Positions 12,340 to 24,188 of a stretch of DNA of 64,000 nucleotides are shown piece after piece. The DNA lies in the NCBI RefSeq assembly GCF_046119375.1, contig NW_027365894.1, forward strand, positions 1-64,000, given 5' to 3'. The notes beneath the pieces were generated by a model. The model was not told the DNA's origin and did no database searches. It saw nothing but the letters and a program-made list of their open reading frames with translations. Numbering within the stretch: the stretch's first letter is position 1; each line of letters begins with the position of its first letter. The translations under genes were made by a program, and so were the position numbers. The stretch comes from Phyllobates terribilis. Its lineage: Eukaryota.

Positions 12340-14015
12340 CTACGACGCCGGCCATATAGAGAGGCCATGAGGATGAAGAGCTTGCCCGTCTCCAGAACCT
12401 CCTAGTTGAAAAGGATTGGCTCATTGCTTTCATCGAGTCATCCCGGGCGTCCACCTCAATTTATGCGCACGACGGACACACTCATATTTCACTAGCGGTC
12501 AACAAAGAAAAGTTTCCCATCTATGTGCATTTTGAATATGAGCCCATTTATGACCAATATGGTGATGAAATACCCTTATTTTAAGATTATCGTGTGAAGG
12601 GAGCATTGTATGATGATTTTGGTGGCGATGGACCCTTGTAGGATGATTATGGTGAAGAGGGAGATTTGTATGATGTTTATGGTGAAGAGGGAACCTTGTA
12701 TGATGATTATGGTGATGAGGTAGCTTTGTATGATGATTATGGGGCCGAGGGATCCTTGTATAATGATTATGGTACCAACGAGCCTCTTTCATATCTTTTT
12801 TCACTCATTTAGTTGGAGGACGTGATGCTACACGAACCACTCCACTCCATGGTGCTTGAGGCACCCTTGCCTTGGGTATGCACACCTCTCTCACCGCTCC
12901 ACTCCATAGTTCTTGAGGTGCCCACGTCTTTGGTATGCACACCTTTCTCGGTGGCACCTCCATTCTCCTTTATGCACCATTTGCCTTCACCAATGAAGCT
13001 TCCTTTCTTCATTTGATTTTGATAAGGTGATGCCATGTCTACCTCCGGACATGGTCTCCTCACCGTCGTATGCTGAGACCAAGTTGATTGTCATCTCCTC
13101 CCTCACATCTCATCCCGAGACTCATGACCAAGCTCGATTGCCATCTAGGAGAGAGTGAGGGTTTATCTCATCATCTTTCACAACTATGGGGTTCCTTTTC
13201 TCTCAATTGGTTAGTACGCTCCCCCACTCTAACTTCGTCTTTAATAAGGGGAGAGACACCAAATCATCCTCATTTTTTACCGTGAAGCGAGGACGCTTCG
13301 CATATAAGAAGGGAGTGGGGAATGATATTATTGGACCACAACCCTCCCCAAATCAGATTAAGACTATCCACACCATGGTCAATGAGGTTTGAGTCCATCT
13401 TAGTGTACCCTTGTTTGAGCGTACAAAGTGTGTACGTCTGAACCACTATCTTCGTGTTTCTCTTAAACTCTAGCTATTTTCAATTATGCTTACGTGTATT
13501 AGAATAATGCATGTCCTTAGCGTTGTGTAAAGACTATGTGGAGGGGGGGGGGGGGGGGTCTTTTCCCCTTGTTTCAATTAGCTTACATTATTTTGGAAAA
13601 TATTGAAGTGAGCATAATTCATTCTCTTCCAAACCAGGACACAACACCCTATCAAACCCTCAAAATCATCTCTCACAATCCTTCACTCAAATACCACATT
13701 CATCACTTCCCTCTCTTGCTCACTCTCACACAACCCTCACCTGCCCGTCTATAACTTCCGGCTCACTTAAGGTTTTGGTCTGAAATTTTGTGGAGATAAA
13801 GCAGACATGTGGATTTGTCTCCTCCCTTTGGAATCTCTCTATTTAGATCTCTTAGTAAGGAGAACAAGTTCCATCAAGACGGGTCATCGAATCACCGGTT
13901 CTCATAGATGTTCATCTAAGACGCCTCATGATCTATTTCCAAACCTTTAAATCAATTCATTTGGAGCTTTGAGGAGAGAGAATGACCCAAATAAAGACGA
14001 ATCAACATCACATCA
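12340..14015 (+). mobile_element. Degenerate gypsy-like (possibly CRM-related, non-autonomous) remnant: acidic ORF fragment, PPT and LTR-like segment
   Basis: Degenerate + strand frame GHEDEELARLQNLLVEKD...EPIYDQYGDE.... Purine tract AAGAAGGGAGTGGGGAA (~13306-13322) followed by TGAT (13323) resembles the CRM 3' junction. The right boundary is a guess. Confidence 0.4.
12546..12776 (+). repeat. 30-bp tandem repeat, ~8 units, encoding LYDDYGEEGx-like decapeptides
   Basis: Units start at 12546, 12576, 12606, 12636, 12666, 12696, 12726 and 12756; consensus TTGTATGATGATTATGGTGAAGAGGGANCC; two in-frame stops. Confidence 0.92.
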
Positions 14016-14097
14016 ACTAGTTGTTGTCCAAATGTGTGTTCTTGAGCTTGAGGAATATAAAGCTTAAAGCTACATCTGTTTGGGACCTATTAATGTC

Positions 14098-15941
14098 CAA
14101 GTTGTTGGTGCCACTTTAGGATGCACAAACCGGATGTGCAAGGATAAAAGGAAAAAAATTGATCCCCGGAAGGACGTTGGAATGCCTTAGTTGCGTGCTA
14201 ACATATGGTGAATAGTGGCATGTCCAGGTTGGGCATGCAACTGTTCACATTTTCAAAAACAAATAAAAACCGCTTTTAAAAACTAGAAAACTTTTATTAA
14301 TTAACCACGATATTACTTAGTCTCATTACAATCTTACTTGGACCATATAAAACAATATTTACACGTTTTGATTAGTTGGGCCTTAATGGGGACATATAGG
14401 CCCAATTGATGAATAAATTGTTCATGAATTCGTCTTAGGCCCAGTACAAGTTTAATTGGTCGTATATAACTAGGTTTACAAGTTTAAAATTATTTGGGCG
14501 TTATAAAACTGACATAAGGCCAGTCAAGCTTACTCGGTCGTTATAACAAAGCTTATAAGTTTCAAACCATTTCAACCTTAAAAAATCCATGTAGGACCAA
14601 TCACTTCTTTAATCGAATTTTTATCAGTGTGCAATATAACTTATCATTGTTCTTTTACTACGTCGAGTCCGAATATGAGATTATCAACTCTAATGAGTAA
14701 TTGGGCCTAATAGTCCCATTAAGGCCCAACTTCTTTTGATTCGAGCTTTCATCCATGTACGAGGTAACTTGACCTTGTTCTTTCACTACGTCGAGTTTAA
14801 ATACGAGATTATCAACTCTAATGAGTAATTGGGCCTAAAAGGCCCAGTTACTTATTTGTTCGAGCTTTCATCCATGTATGAGGTAACTTAACCTTGTTAT
14901 TACACTACGTCGAGTCTGAATACGAGATTATCATCTCTAAACTATTTTTTTATTCGAGCTTTCATCCATTTACGAGGTAACTTAACCTTGTTCTTTTACC
15001 ACGTCGAGTTTGAATACGAGATTATCGACTCTAATGAGTAATTGGGCCTAATAAATCCAATAAGGCCCAATTACTTTTTTCACTCGAGCGTTCATCCGTG
15101 TAAGAGGTAACTTAACCTTATTCTTTCACTACGTCAAGTCCGAATACAGGATTATCAACTATGATGAGTAATTGGGCCTAACAGGCCCAGTAAGTCCCAT
15201 TAAGACTCGACGTAGTGAAAGAACTAGGTTAAGTTACTACGTACATGGATAAAAGCTCGAATAAAAGAAGTAATTGGGCCTTAATAGGCTTATTAGGCCC
15301 AAATACTCATTAGAATTGATAATCTCGTATTCGTACCCGATATAGTGAAAGAACAATGATAAATTATATCACATATCAATAAAAGCTTGATTAAAGAAGT
15401 GATTGAGCCTATATGAGATCGTTAAGGTCCAAATGGTTCGAAACTCATAAGCTTTGTCATAATGGGTCAAATAACCTTGTATTGGACCTACGTCAATTTT
15501 CTAAGGCCTAAATGATTGTAAACTCGTAAACTTGGTCGTATATGACCAATTAAGCTTGCAGGGCCTATGACGAGTTCAGGAATACTTTATTCATCAATTG
15601 GGCCTATCTGGCCTCCTGTTAAGGCTCAAATGATCAAAACGCGATAAATGTTGTTATATATGGTCCAAGTAAACTTGTAACTAGCCTAAGTAATATTGTG
15701 GTTAATTTATAAAAGTTTTGAAATATTTTAAAAGCATTTGTTTTTGAAAATGTGAAAAATTACATGCCCAACTTATTTTATTTTATTGTGGCATACCCGA
15801 AATGGGTATGTCACATGTTAACACGCCTAAGTTAGATGTGCTAACATCCTTCCGGGAGTCATAAAATATATTTTTTTCCTTTTTTCCTTGTACACTATGT
15901 TTATTTGTACTAAAATTACACACAACTTAAACGTGTTATTT
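14098..15941. mobile_element. Foldback/MULE-like non-autonomous DNA element with long inverted arms and internal tandem repeats
   Basis: Approximately 14100-14795 aligns to the reverse complement of ~15205-15941 along its whole length. Internal 94-130-bp repeats contain CTACGTCGAG. Exact termini and TSD are not resolved. Confidence 0.75.
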
Positions 15942-16972
15942 GAAGTCTTTAGAAGAAGAAAAATCCGTTTAAACTCTTCCTATCAATCAATATATGTCCT
16001 TTCTAGTAATAAAAGATTAGAAACGACTATACTAGTGAACAAATGTAATACTATTCATTTGTTCCTTTTCACCTGAATAAGATACAAGGACAAAAGATCT
16101 TCATCAACGACCAATTTATGGCGCGGTTTATAGTGCAAGTCGGATGAATGAATGTGCATGCAATATAGTGTGCATGTGAATTCAACATTGTATATTTTGA
16201 AAATACAAATTGTTGAGCTTTTAGCATAATAGTAAGTAACAATACTGGAGTGTTTTTTAGACATTGGAAGCAAGTAATCACATACGTGAGGTATCTTCTA
16301 TCCTTATAGTGTCAAGCTTTACATAAGGAAACGATAGAAGCATCCTCCCGACTGTCTTCTTCTTGTCAGTTGTCTCCACCGCTCGCCAAGTATTGTTTCC
16401 TTATATGAATGTCCGTTCCTTATTCCTCTTGATTTTTCTCTCTTTCTTCACTTAGTTTACAAATATTCTCTAGTTAGTTTAGTCATAATTTCGTGTATGA
16501 TCATAAAGCACTTGGAAATTATGAGACCTATAGTTTATCATTATCAAAACAATATGGAACAATCGTTGTTTCAATAGAAACGGTTGCATTGAACGTGCAT
16601 GTAAATTATTATGTTTGTGTCTCCCATATTTTTATACATCGTGCAACTTGTAAGAGTAAATCACTAACTTATAGCGTAACCAAGTCGATAGTCTTATAAT
16701 ATGCATGTAAATAGATTATTTAAATACTCGTATCATATTTTTAATAATAATAATATTTTTTAAAATAAGAAATTTTTAAACTTTGAATTTTGTGCCAAAA
16801 AAGTAGTAGAAAATTATAGAAAAATGACATTATAACGTAGGTTTGCCGAACACCATTTTTCTAGAAAACTACATTGTGATAAAAAAAGTGTCAGTATAAT
16901 GAGTTTTAACGAAGAAAGCCTAAACTTCAAAGCAAATCCGAAAACAAACTTTTGAATGACATGTATTGTAAT

Positions 16973-17624
16973 TAGGGTTATCAGAACCTGATCCGATCCG
17001 AAAAGTCCGAAAACCCGTCTGAATCCGAACCGCCAAAACCCGAAAAAACAATTCAAAAAGCTAATAATGCTTATCCGAATAAGCCCCCCCGAAACCGATT
17101 AAACCCTAACCCGAAATAGCCCAAAAAAACCCACAATCAACCCGAAAATCCGGTATAACCCGGTCCGATGTAATCCTAAAATCCGGATAACCCGATCTGA
17201 GATAACCCAAACTTGTCCATAATAAACCCTACAATGTCCGACTAGAACAAAATCGTTAACTCTTGTTATTTTATTATTCAGTTTAATAGAGAAGCCTAAC
17301 TTTGTACTACTATTAAGTTAAAGAATCATACTCGAATTAAACCACGCTGAATTGACCCAATCAAAACTTGATCCTAATTGACCCGACCTAAAAATGATCT
17401 GAATGGTCCGATCAACACCAATTTATTTGTCCGAAACCCGAATTAGTCCGGCAGAAAATTATCCGATAAACCCGATCTTGTCCGAAATTTTATATCCAAT
17501 CCTACCCGCTCCTATCCGATATAACCCGGTTTTAATTATTACAATATCTTGACTTGAACCAAATTGATCCGATTCCGAATTATCCAACCCAAATCCGAAC
17601 TGACCAGTACGATTAACACCCCTG
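16973..17624. mobile_element. hAT-type MITE with ACCCGA/ATCCGA subterminal motifs
   Basis: Left end TAGGGTT, right end reverse complement CAGGGGTG; flanks ATTGTAAT / ATCGTAAA (6/8 match, decayed 8-bp TSD); dozens of CCGA motifs. Confidence 0.65.
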
Positions 17625-17716
17625 ATCGTAAAACTAAAATACGTTCATTTTTGTTTTTACATCACTTGCTCAACAATTCTAATACTATAGGACAACTAAT
17701 CGGTTCAAAATCTCAG

Positions 17717-17864
17717 TGCTATGATATGAGAGAGTAAGAGATGAGAGAAGAGACTTGACTTCTTATTAGGTCACCAATAGGAGCCTTATATAGAGGTTAC
17801 AAGGAGAATCTAGGGTTTCTAGAATGTACATCCATAATATAATATAATATAATATAATATAACA
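17717..17864 (-). repeat. Bianca 3' LTR (148 bp)
   Basis: TG...CA termini, (AATAT)n microsatellite, adjacent PPT. Confidence 0.97.
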
Positions 17865-17982
17865 CTCCCCCTTGGATGTACATTATATACTGCCTCATTA
17901 AAAACCTTGTCTTGGAAAAACCCAATGGGATAAAAACCAAGACTAAGGGAAAAAGAGTGCAGTCACAATGCTCCCCCTTAAT

Positions 17983-20900
17983 TTAGTAAATGTCTCTCAA
18001 ACGACGCATCCCAATCTTGTGTAGAAGTTGTTGGAAGACTTTGCTGGGTAATGATTTAGTAAACATATCTGACAGATTCTTGCTTGACTGGACTTGTTGA
18101 ACATCAATCTTGCCTTGGACTTGAAGCTCATGAGTGGAGAAAAACTTTGGTGATATGTGTTTAACCCGATCGCTTTTGATGTAGCCTTCTTTGATTTGAG
18201 CGATACATGCTGCATTATCCTCATATATGGTTGTTGGGCTTGCTGTAATCGTTTCCATCCCGCAAGACGTGTGAACATGATTTATAAGTGACCTAAGCCA
18301 TACACATTCTCTTCCAGTTTCATATAATGCAATTAATTCTGCATGGTTTGATGATGTGGCCACTAATGTCTGCTTTGTTGAACGCCAAGAGATAGCCGTC
18401 CCGCCGTACATGAATAGGTAACCTGTTTGTGAAATGGAATTGTGTGGATCAGATAGGTAACCGGCATCACTATACCCAACAAGCTTAGCATTTTGCCCCC
18501 TTTCTGGTCTTTGAAAGTATAAACCCATGTCACTTGTTCCACGCAAGTAACGTAAGACTTGTTTGATTCCACACCAATGCCTTTTGGTTGGGGCTGAACT
18601 ATATCTTGCAAGCACATTCACCGCAAATGCTATATCTGGTCGGGTATTGGTAGCAAGATACATTAGTGCTCCTATTGCACTGAGATATGGTACTTCAGGT
18701 CCCAATATCTCTTCATTCTCTGAACGAGGGCGAAAAGGATCTTTTTCTACATCAAGTGATCGCACTACCATTGGTGTACTTAATGGATGTGATTTATCCA
18801 TATTGAATCTCTTTAAGACCTTTTCAACATAATTTGATTGATGAACAAACACTCCATTATTTGTATGCTCGAACTGTAAGCCGAGGCAATATTTAGTAGT
18901 TCTGAGGTCTTTCATTTCAAATTCCTTTTTTAAGTAGTCTGCTGTTTGTTTGATCTCTTCTGGAGTTCCTATGATGTTCAAATCATCAACATAAACAGCA
19001 ATAATGACACACCCCGAATTTGACCTTTTTATGAAGACACAAGGACTTATTTCATTTGTTATGAATCCTTGTATTCGTAAGTATTCGCTTAATCGATTGT
19101 ACCACATACGACCTGATTGCTTTAGTCCGTATAGTGATCTATTCAACTTGATGGAGTGCATGTGGCGTGGTTTTGAAATCAGTGCTTCTGGTAATTTCAG
19201 TCCTTCGGGAACTTTCATGTGTATATCTGTATCTAATTTTCCGTATAGATATGCGGTTACCACATCCATTAGTTGCATTTTGAGCTGTTCAATGACAGCT
19301 AAAGCAATTAAGAACCTAAGAGTGGTTGCATCCACTATGGGTTAATATGTATCAACATAATCTACTCCCGGTTTTTGTGTAAAACCTTTTGCGACTAGTC
19401 TGGCTTTATACCTTACAACCTTGTTGTTTTCATTTCGTTTCCGTACGAACACCCACTTGTAGCCGACTGGTTTTATACCTATAGGCGTTGGAGCTATTGG
19501 TCCAAAAACACCTCGTTTATTTAGAGAATCTAACTCTGCATGAATTGCTTCTTTCCAACTCATCCAATCATTTCTATGTCGACATTCTTCCATGGTTTTC
19601 GGATCATTATCATCCTCATCCATTATTTCCATCGCGATTGAATATGCAAAAACATTATTGATGACCGTGTCATTTCGCGGCCAACCTAGCCCATTGCTAG
19701 CGTAGTTAATTGACATTTCAATGTTTTCTTCAACATCGATGTTTTCGCTTTCATCACTATTTGGTGTGACTTCTTCGGGGGTCTTGTTTTCATGAATGTT
19801 TGTAGTCGGCATGTTTACAACTCCTGTTGTTGTTACTTGTCCTTTCCTCTTCCGGGGATTGACATCCTTGGAGCCTAGTGGTCTTTCACGCTTCTTGCGT
19901 ACCTGGGAGTCACTTGCAATTTGTTTCTTTTGGTTTCCGATTTGTACTTCGAAGCGAGCTGGTGCATTTTCAGCAGGTATATGTGATTTTGTCACTTTCT
20001 TGGCATCTGTAAACGCATCGGGTAGCTTATTTGCTACATTTTGTAAGTGTATGATCCTTTTGACTTCATATTCACTTTCACTAGTCCTTGGGTCTAAAAA
20101 TGACAAAGAGGTTGCGTTCCACGCAATCTCTTTCCTAGCTATCTCCTTTTCTTTTCTCCCTAGCGTTGGAAATTTTGTCTCATCAAAGTGACAATCTAGG
20201 TACCGAGCTGTAAATTGATCTCCTGTCAATGGCTCCAGTTATTTGATGATTGATGGAGATTCAAACCCAACATATATTCCTAACCTTCTTTGTGGCCCCA
20301 TTTTTGTTCGTTGTGGGGGAGGAATAGGGACATACACCGCACATCCGAAGACCTTTAAGTGAGAAATGTTAGGTTCTCTTCCAGAGACAAGATGTAATGG
20401 GGAGATGGTATTGTAAGCGGTTGGTCTTAGGCGAAGCAATATTGCACCATGTAAAATTGCATGTCCCCATCCTGATGATGGTAATTTTGAGCTCATAAGC
20501 ATTGGGCGAGCTATTAGTTGTAACCGCTTAATTAATGATTCTGCAAGTCCGTTTTGTGTATGTGTGTGGGGCACTGGGTGCTCAACCACGATGCCAACCG
20601 ATTGACAATATTCAACAAATGACTTGGATGTAAATTCTCCCGCATTATCTAACCTTATTCTCTTGATTGCATGGTCAGGGAAATGTGGCCTTAATTTGAT
20701 AATTTGGGCTAAAAGTCTTGCAAATGCAACATTCCAAGTTGATAGCAAACTTACATGTGACCAGCGTGTTGATGCATCAATCAACACCATGAAATATCTA
20801 AATGGTCCACATGGCGGTGTTATTGGTCCACATATGTCCCCTTGAATCCGCTCAAGGAACATAGGAGATTCTGCGTTTACTTTTGTTATTGACGGTCTTG

Positions 20901-21513
20901 TTATTAGTTTGCCAAGAGAACAAGCCGTGCATACGAGGTCACCCTTTGATAGGATTTTGTGCCTTTTAAGTGGGTGTCCATGTGAATTTTCGATGATTTT
21001 CCGCATCATTGTTTCACCTGGGTGACCAAGTCTATCATGCCACAAAGAAAATAATTTGTGATCAACTAACTTCTGGTTAGTTGTATTATATGATTCGATT
21101 GGGTAGATCATTGTTCCACATAATCCAGATCTATAAGTTCTCAATCTTTCTAAGACTTGCTTCTGGCCAGTTTGATGAGATGTGAGTAACAAGTACTCAT
21201 TTCCATTTTCTTTCATAGTTTCAATGTGATAATCGTTTTCACGAATGTCTTTGAAACTCAACAGGTTTCGTTGTGACTTGCTCGAATATAGAGCCTCTTT
21301 TATATGTAAGAGTGTTCCTCTAGGTAAAAGGATAGAGGCTTCGCCAGAGCCTTCTATAATATCGCTTGTCCCAGAAATAGTGTTAACACTGGTTTTTCTC
21401 ATTCGTAATTTGTTGAAAAACTTCTGGTTTTTCAAAATAGTATGAGTTGTAGCGCTATCGATGAGACATATCTCTCCTTTATTGACTTGAAGAATTTCAC
21501 CGGGTTTGCTCAT
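17983..21513 (-). pseudogene. Bianca pol (PR-IN-RT-RH) with its own ATG; single frame broken by two in-frame stops
   Basis: PR CLIDSATTH, IN WHDRLGHP...GDICGP...DNAGEF, RT MDVVTAYLYG...YVDDLN, RH GYSDAGY...DMFTK. TAA at ~20239 and ~19342 where Tyr/Ser are expected; all segments share one frame. Confidence 0.95.
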
Positions 21514-21894
21514 TCTATACAAACAAGAAAACAAAGTATTAATAATTCAAATTACTACTCTTCAGCTAACTGAACAAAATAAAAAAAAGTTTTGCCAAGT
21601 ATACGACTTACAGTAACACTTGTACTTCGAATTGAATTAATATATTAAATTAGAAAGATTAACTCATTAACATACAACTAAAATATACTAAAGACGTTCG
21701 AAAAAAGAAAAAAAAATCATATCAAAATATTATTCTAATAGCAAAAAGTCACTACACTTGCAAATAAAACTAGCTAACGGAAGCAAAAGAAAGATCTCTA
21801 AAAGGATAATTCCGAGAGGTCCTTCTATCTTATTACAACTGGAAAAAAGAAGAAAAATAAAATAAAATAAGGAAATCTAAGTAGTCACTAGTAT

Positions 21895-22959
21895 TTAATC
21901 CATGAAGAATTTTGCCTCTTCAGGAGTGAAGTCACCGAAGACAGTGTTCATTTCGGGCAAACTTTCATCATTTCCAAGGTTGTCAAAGAAATCAGATGTT
22001 TCCAACCCGGTGTTGTGTGTCTCAAGATTTGTGTCATCAGGGTTGGCATTTGTGAAGTTCATTTCCACATTTCTACTCTTTTCTTGTAAAGAGTCCTGAT
22101 ATGCTGCCATAAGATGCGTTGGTGCACGACAAGTGCGAGACCAATGTCCTGTCCCTCCACATCTATAGCACACATTTTCCACTTGAGTTGCTGACTTCTT
22201 TTGTTTGCTTCCAATGCTCTTCTGGACATTTGAGTCACTCCATGTGTGGTTGCGGTTTTCTCCACGCCCTGATCTACCACGACCGCGGTAGCGACCACGA
22301 CTCGGGTTTCTTCCACGCCCTCTACGGGAGGAGGAGGCGTTTGCTTCAGGCAATGCTTGAGACTAATCAGGAAGTGGTGCTGAACCTGTGGGGCGAGTTT
22401 GATGATTGTTCAAGAGAAGCAGGTTATTCTCTTCAGCTACGATCAAGCAAGAGAGAAGCTCGGAGTATGTTTTGAAACGACGCTCCCTATACTGCTGCTG
22501 GAGTATGAGGTTGGATGCATGGAAAGTGGAGAATGTTTTCTCGAGCATATCTTCATCTTTGATTGTTTCCCCACAAAGTCTTAATGTTGAGACAATACGA
22601 AACATTTCAGAGTTGTATTCCGAGACCTTCTTGAAATCTTGTAACCTTAAATGCATCCATTCGAACCTTGCACGAGGCAGGATGACTATTTTCTGGTGGT
22701 TAAACCTATCCTTTAGGTTTTTCCAGAGTTCAGATGGACTCTTGACTGTAAAGTATTGAGCCTTCAAATCCTCATGAAGGTGATGCCGAAGTAGAATCAT
22801 TGCCTTCGCGCAATCCTGCGGGGATGCACCAGATTCCTTCTTGATTGTTTCTCCCAGGCTATTGCTGGTCAAGTGAAGTTCCGCGTCAAGGACCCATGTT
22901 AAATAGTTTCTTCCGGAAACATCAAGAGCGGTGAATTCCAACCTCGCAAGGTTTGTCAT
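21895..22959 (-). pseudogene. Bianca gag with RG-rich region and CCHC zinc knuckle; one in-frame TAG
   Basis: ORFs 22363-22959 and 21895-22353 share a frame; CYRCGGTGHWSRTC knuckle; ends with its own stop ~380 bp before the pol ATG. Confidence 0.93.
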
Positions 22960-24176
22960 CTATGATACATACACAAAACAAAATAAAATAAATGAGTTTG
23001 GTAGAAGATATTCTTATACTGTAATTTCGGTACTCACGTAAATCAATTTCATCAAACAAACTCACGTTATATTTCAAGTAAATGAAAGTTACTCAACAAG
23101 CAAAAATGCAATATTGAATTGTGAACGTAAAATCATTATTGTTAAGATATGCAAATAAAATCACATAAAATTTATCTTATATATAAGATTCTTTTAAAAT
23201 TAATATATATATATATTTTTAATCTAGACCTTAACCGATATTCCTTAAAACATGTTAGAAAAACCATACATATAACCTAACGCGGTTGTTTGACGCCGAA
23301 CACAAACATGTTCCAAATAAGCATAAAATACATGGTTAATGGTCACGTAAACCACTCTAATTGGGCTAGGTGAGTGCGAGCAAGCGGTGGCATAATTAAC
23401 AATGTTTAAAGACTGCGTTGCATGTAGTGATTAGGCTTTAATTTCATCTCTACTTTCCCGTTTTTTTTCTTCTCGAAGTCAACTCTTTTATCACTTCAGG
23501 GATGTTTGATTCATAAATTGAATCTCTTCCGGGATCTATTGATATTACTCCTGGTATCAAAATCATTTCTGGAATTGTCGTATGCATAAATAGGGAGAAA
23601 AAAAATAGCTTGTTTATCACTTCTGGGATTTTTCATTATCACTTCGGGGATTAATTTGTATATCACTTCTGGGATTTTTCATTATCACTTCGGGGATTAA
23701 TTTGTATATATTAATAGAATGAATTGATGTCACTTCTGGGATCTGGGAATTGTTATGTATATAAACGGGTATATAAAAAAAAACTGAAGGAACTATAAGT
23801 AAAGAAGTGACATATTTAAGTCAGAAATCCTCACAAGTCACAATCTAAAAATAATAATAATAAAATATCACTGCAAACATTTCGGCAAATCCTAGCAATT
23901 TGTGAAACAATAGAAATTTCAACATTTACGTAAACGGAGAGGATAAATCTTAAGAACTAAATTAGACACCATAAATTGATGAAGAGAGCCGTAGATTGAA
24001 TTATCAAAATATAACATGCAAAAGCAATTTGATGAAGAGAGCCGTATAAGACTATAAAAATTATCAAACGTGCCGATTGGTACGAATCTCAATCAAGTAT
24101 TAAGCACGAGTGATCAATATTTGATGCGTATAAGACTATAAAAATTAAGAATGAAAATCTACCTTGAATCAAGAGT

Positions 24177-24188
24177 GTGCTGATAACG
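24177..24188 (-). promoter_or_regulatory. Non-canonical PBS CGTTATCAGCAC (complementary to a tRNA anticodon arm, probably tRNA-Ile)
   Basis: Abuts the LTR-terminal CA with no TGG. Its reverse complement GTGCTGATAACG matches the recalled plant tRNA-Ile(AAU) anticodon arm GUGCU-AAU-AACG except at the wobble position. Confidence 0.75.

Noticed and set aside
12499-12804. His-rich 101-aa protein on the minus strand
   Set aside because: It is the antisense reading of the GATGATTATGGT repeat; the + frame fits the flanking sequence better.
14640-15360. CRISPR-like array (regular repeats)
   Set aside because: Whole units repeat with no unique spacers, there are no cas genes, and the context is eukaryotic. 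It is a tandem repeat inside a foldback element.
16055-16400. Host gene fragment on the minus strand
   Set aside because: Short ORFs with no recognisable domain or consistent splice structure.
22354-22365. Programmed readthrough of the gag TAG
   Set aside because: The context TAG-TCT-CAA does not match known CARYYA readthrough signals, and two other nonsense codons show the copy is decayed.
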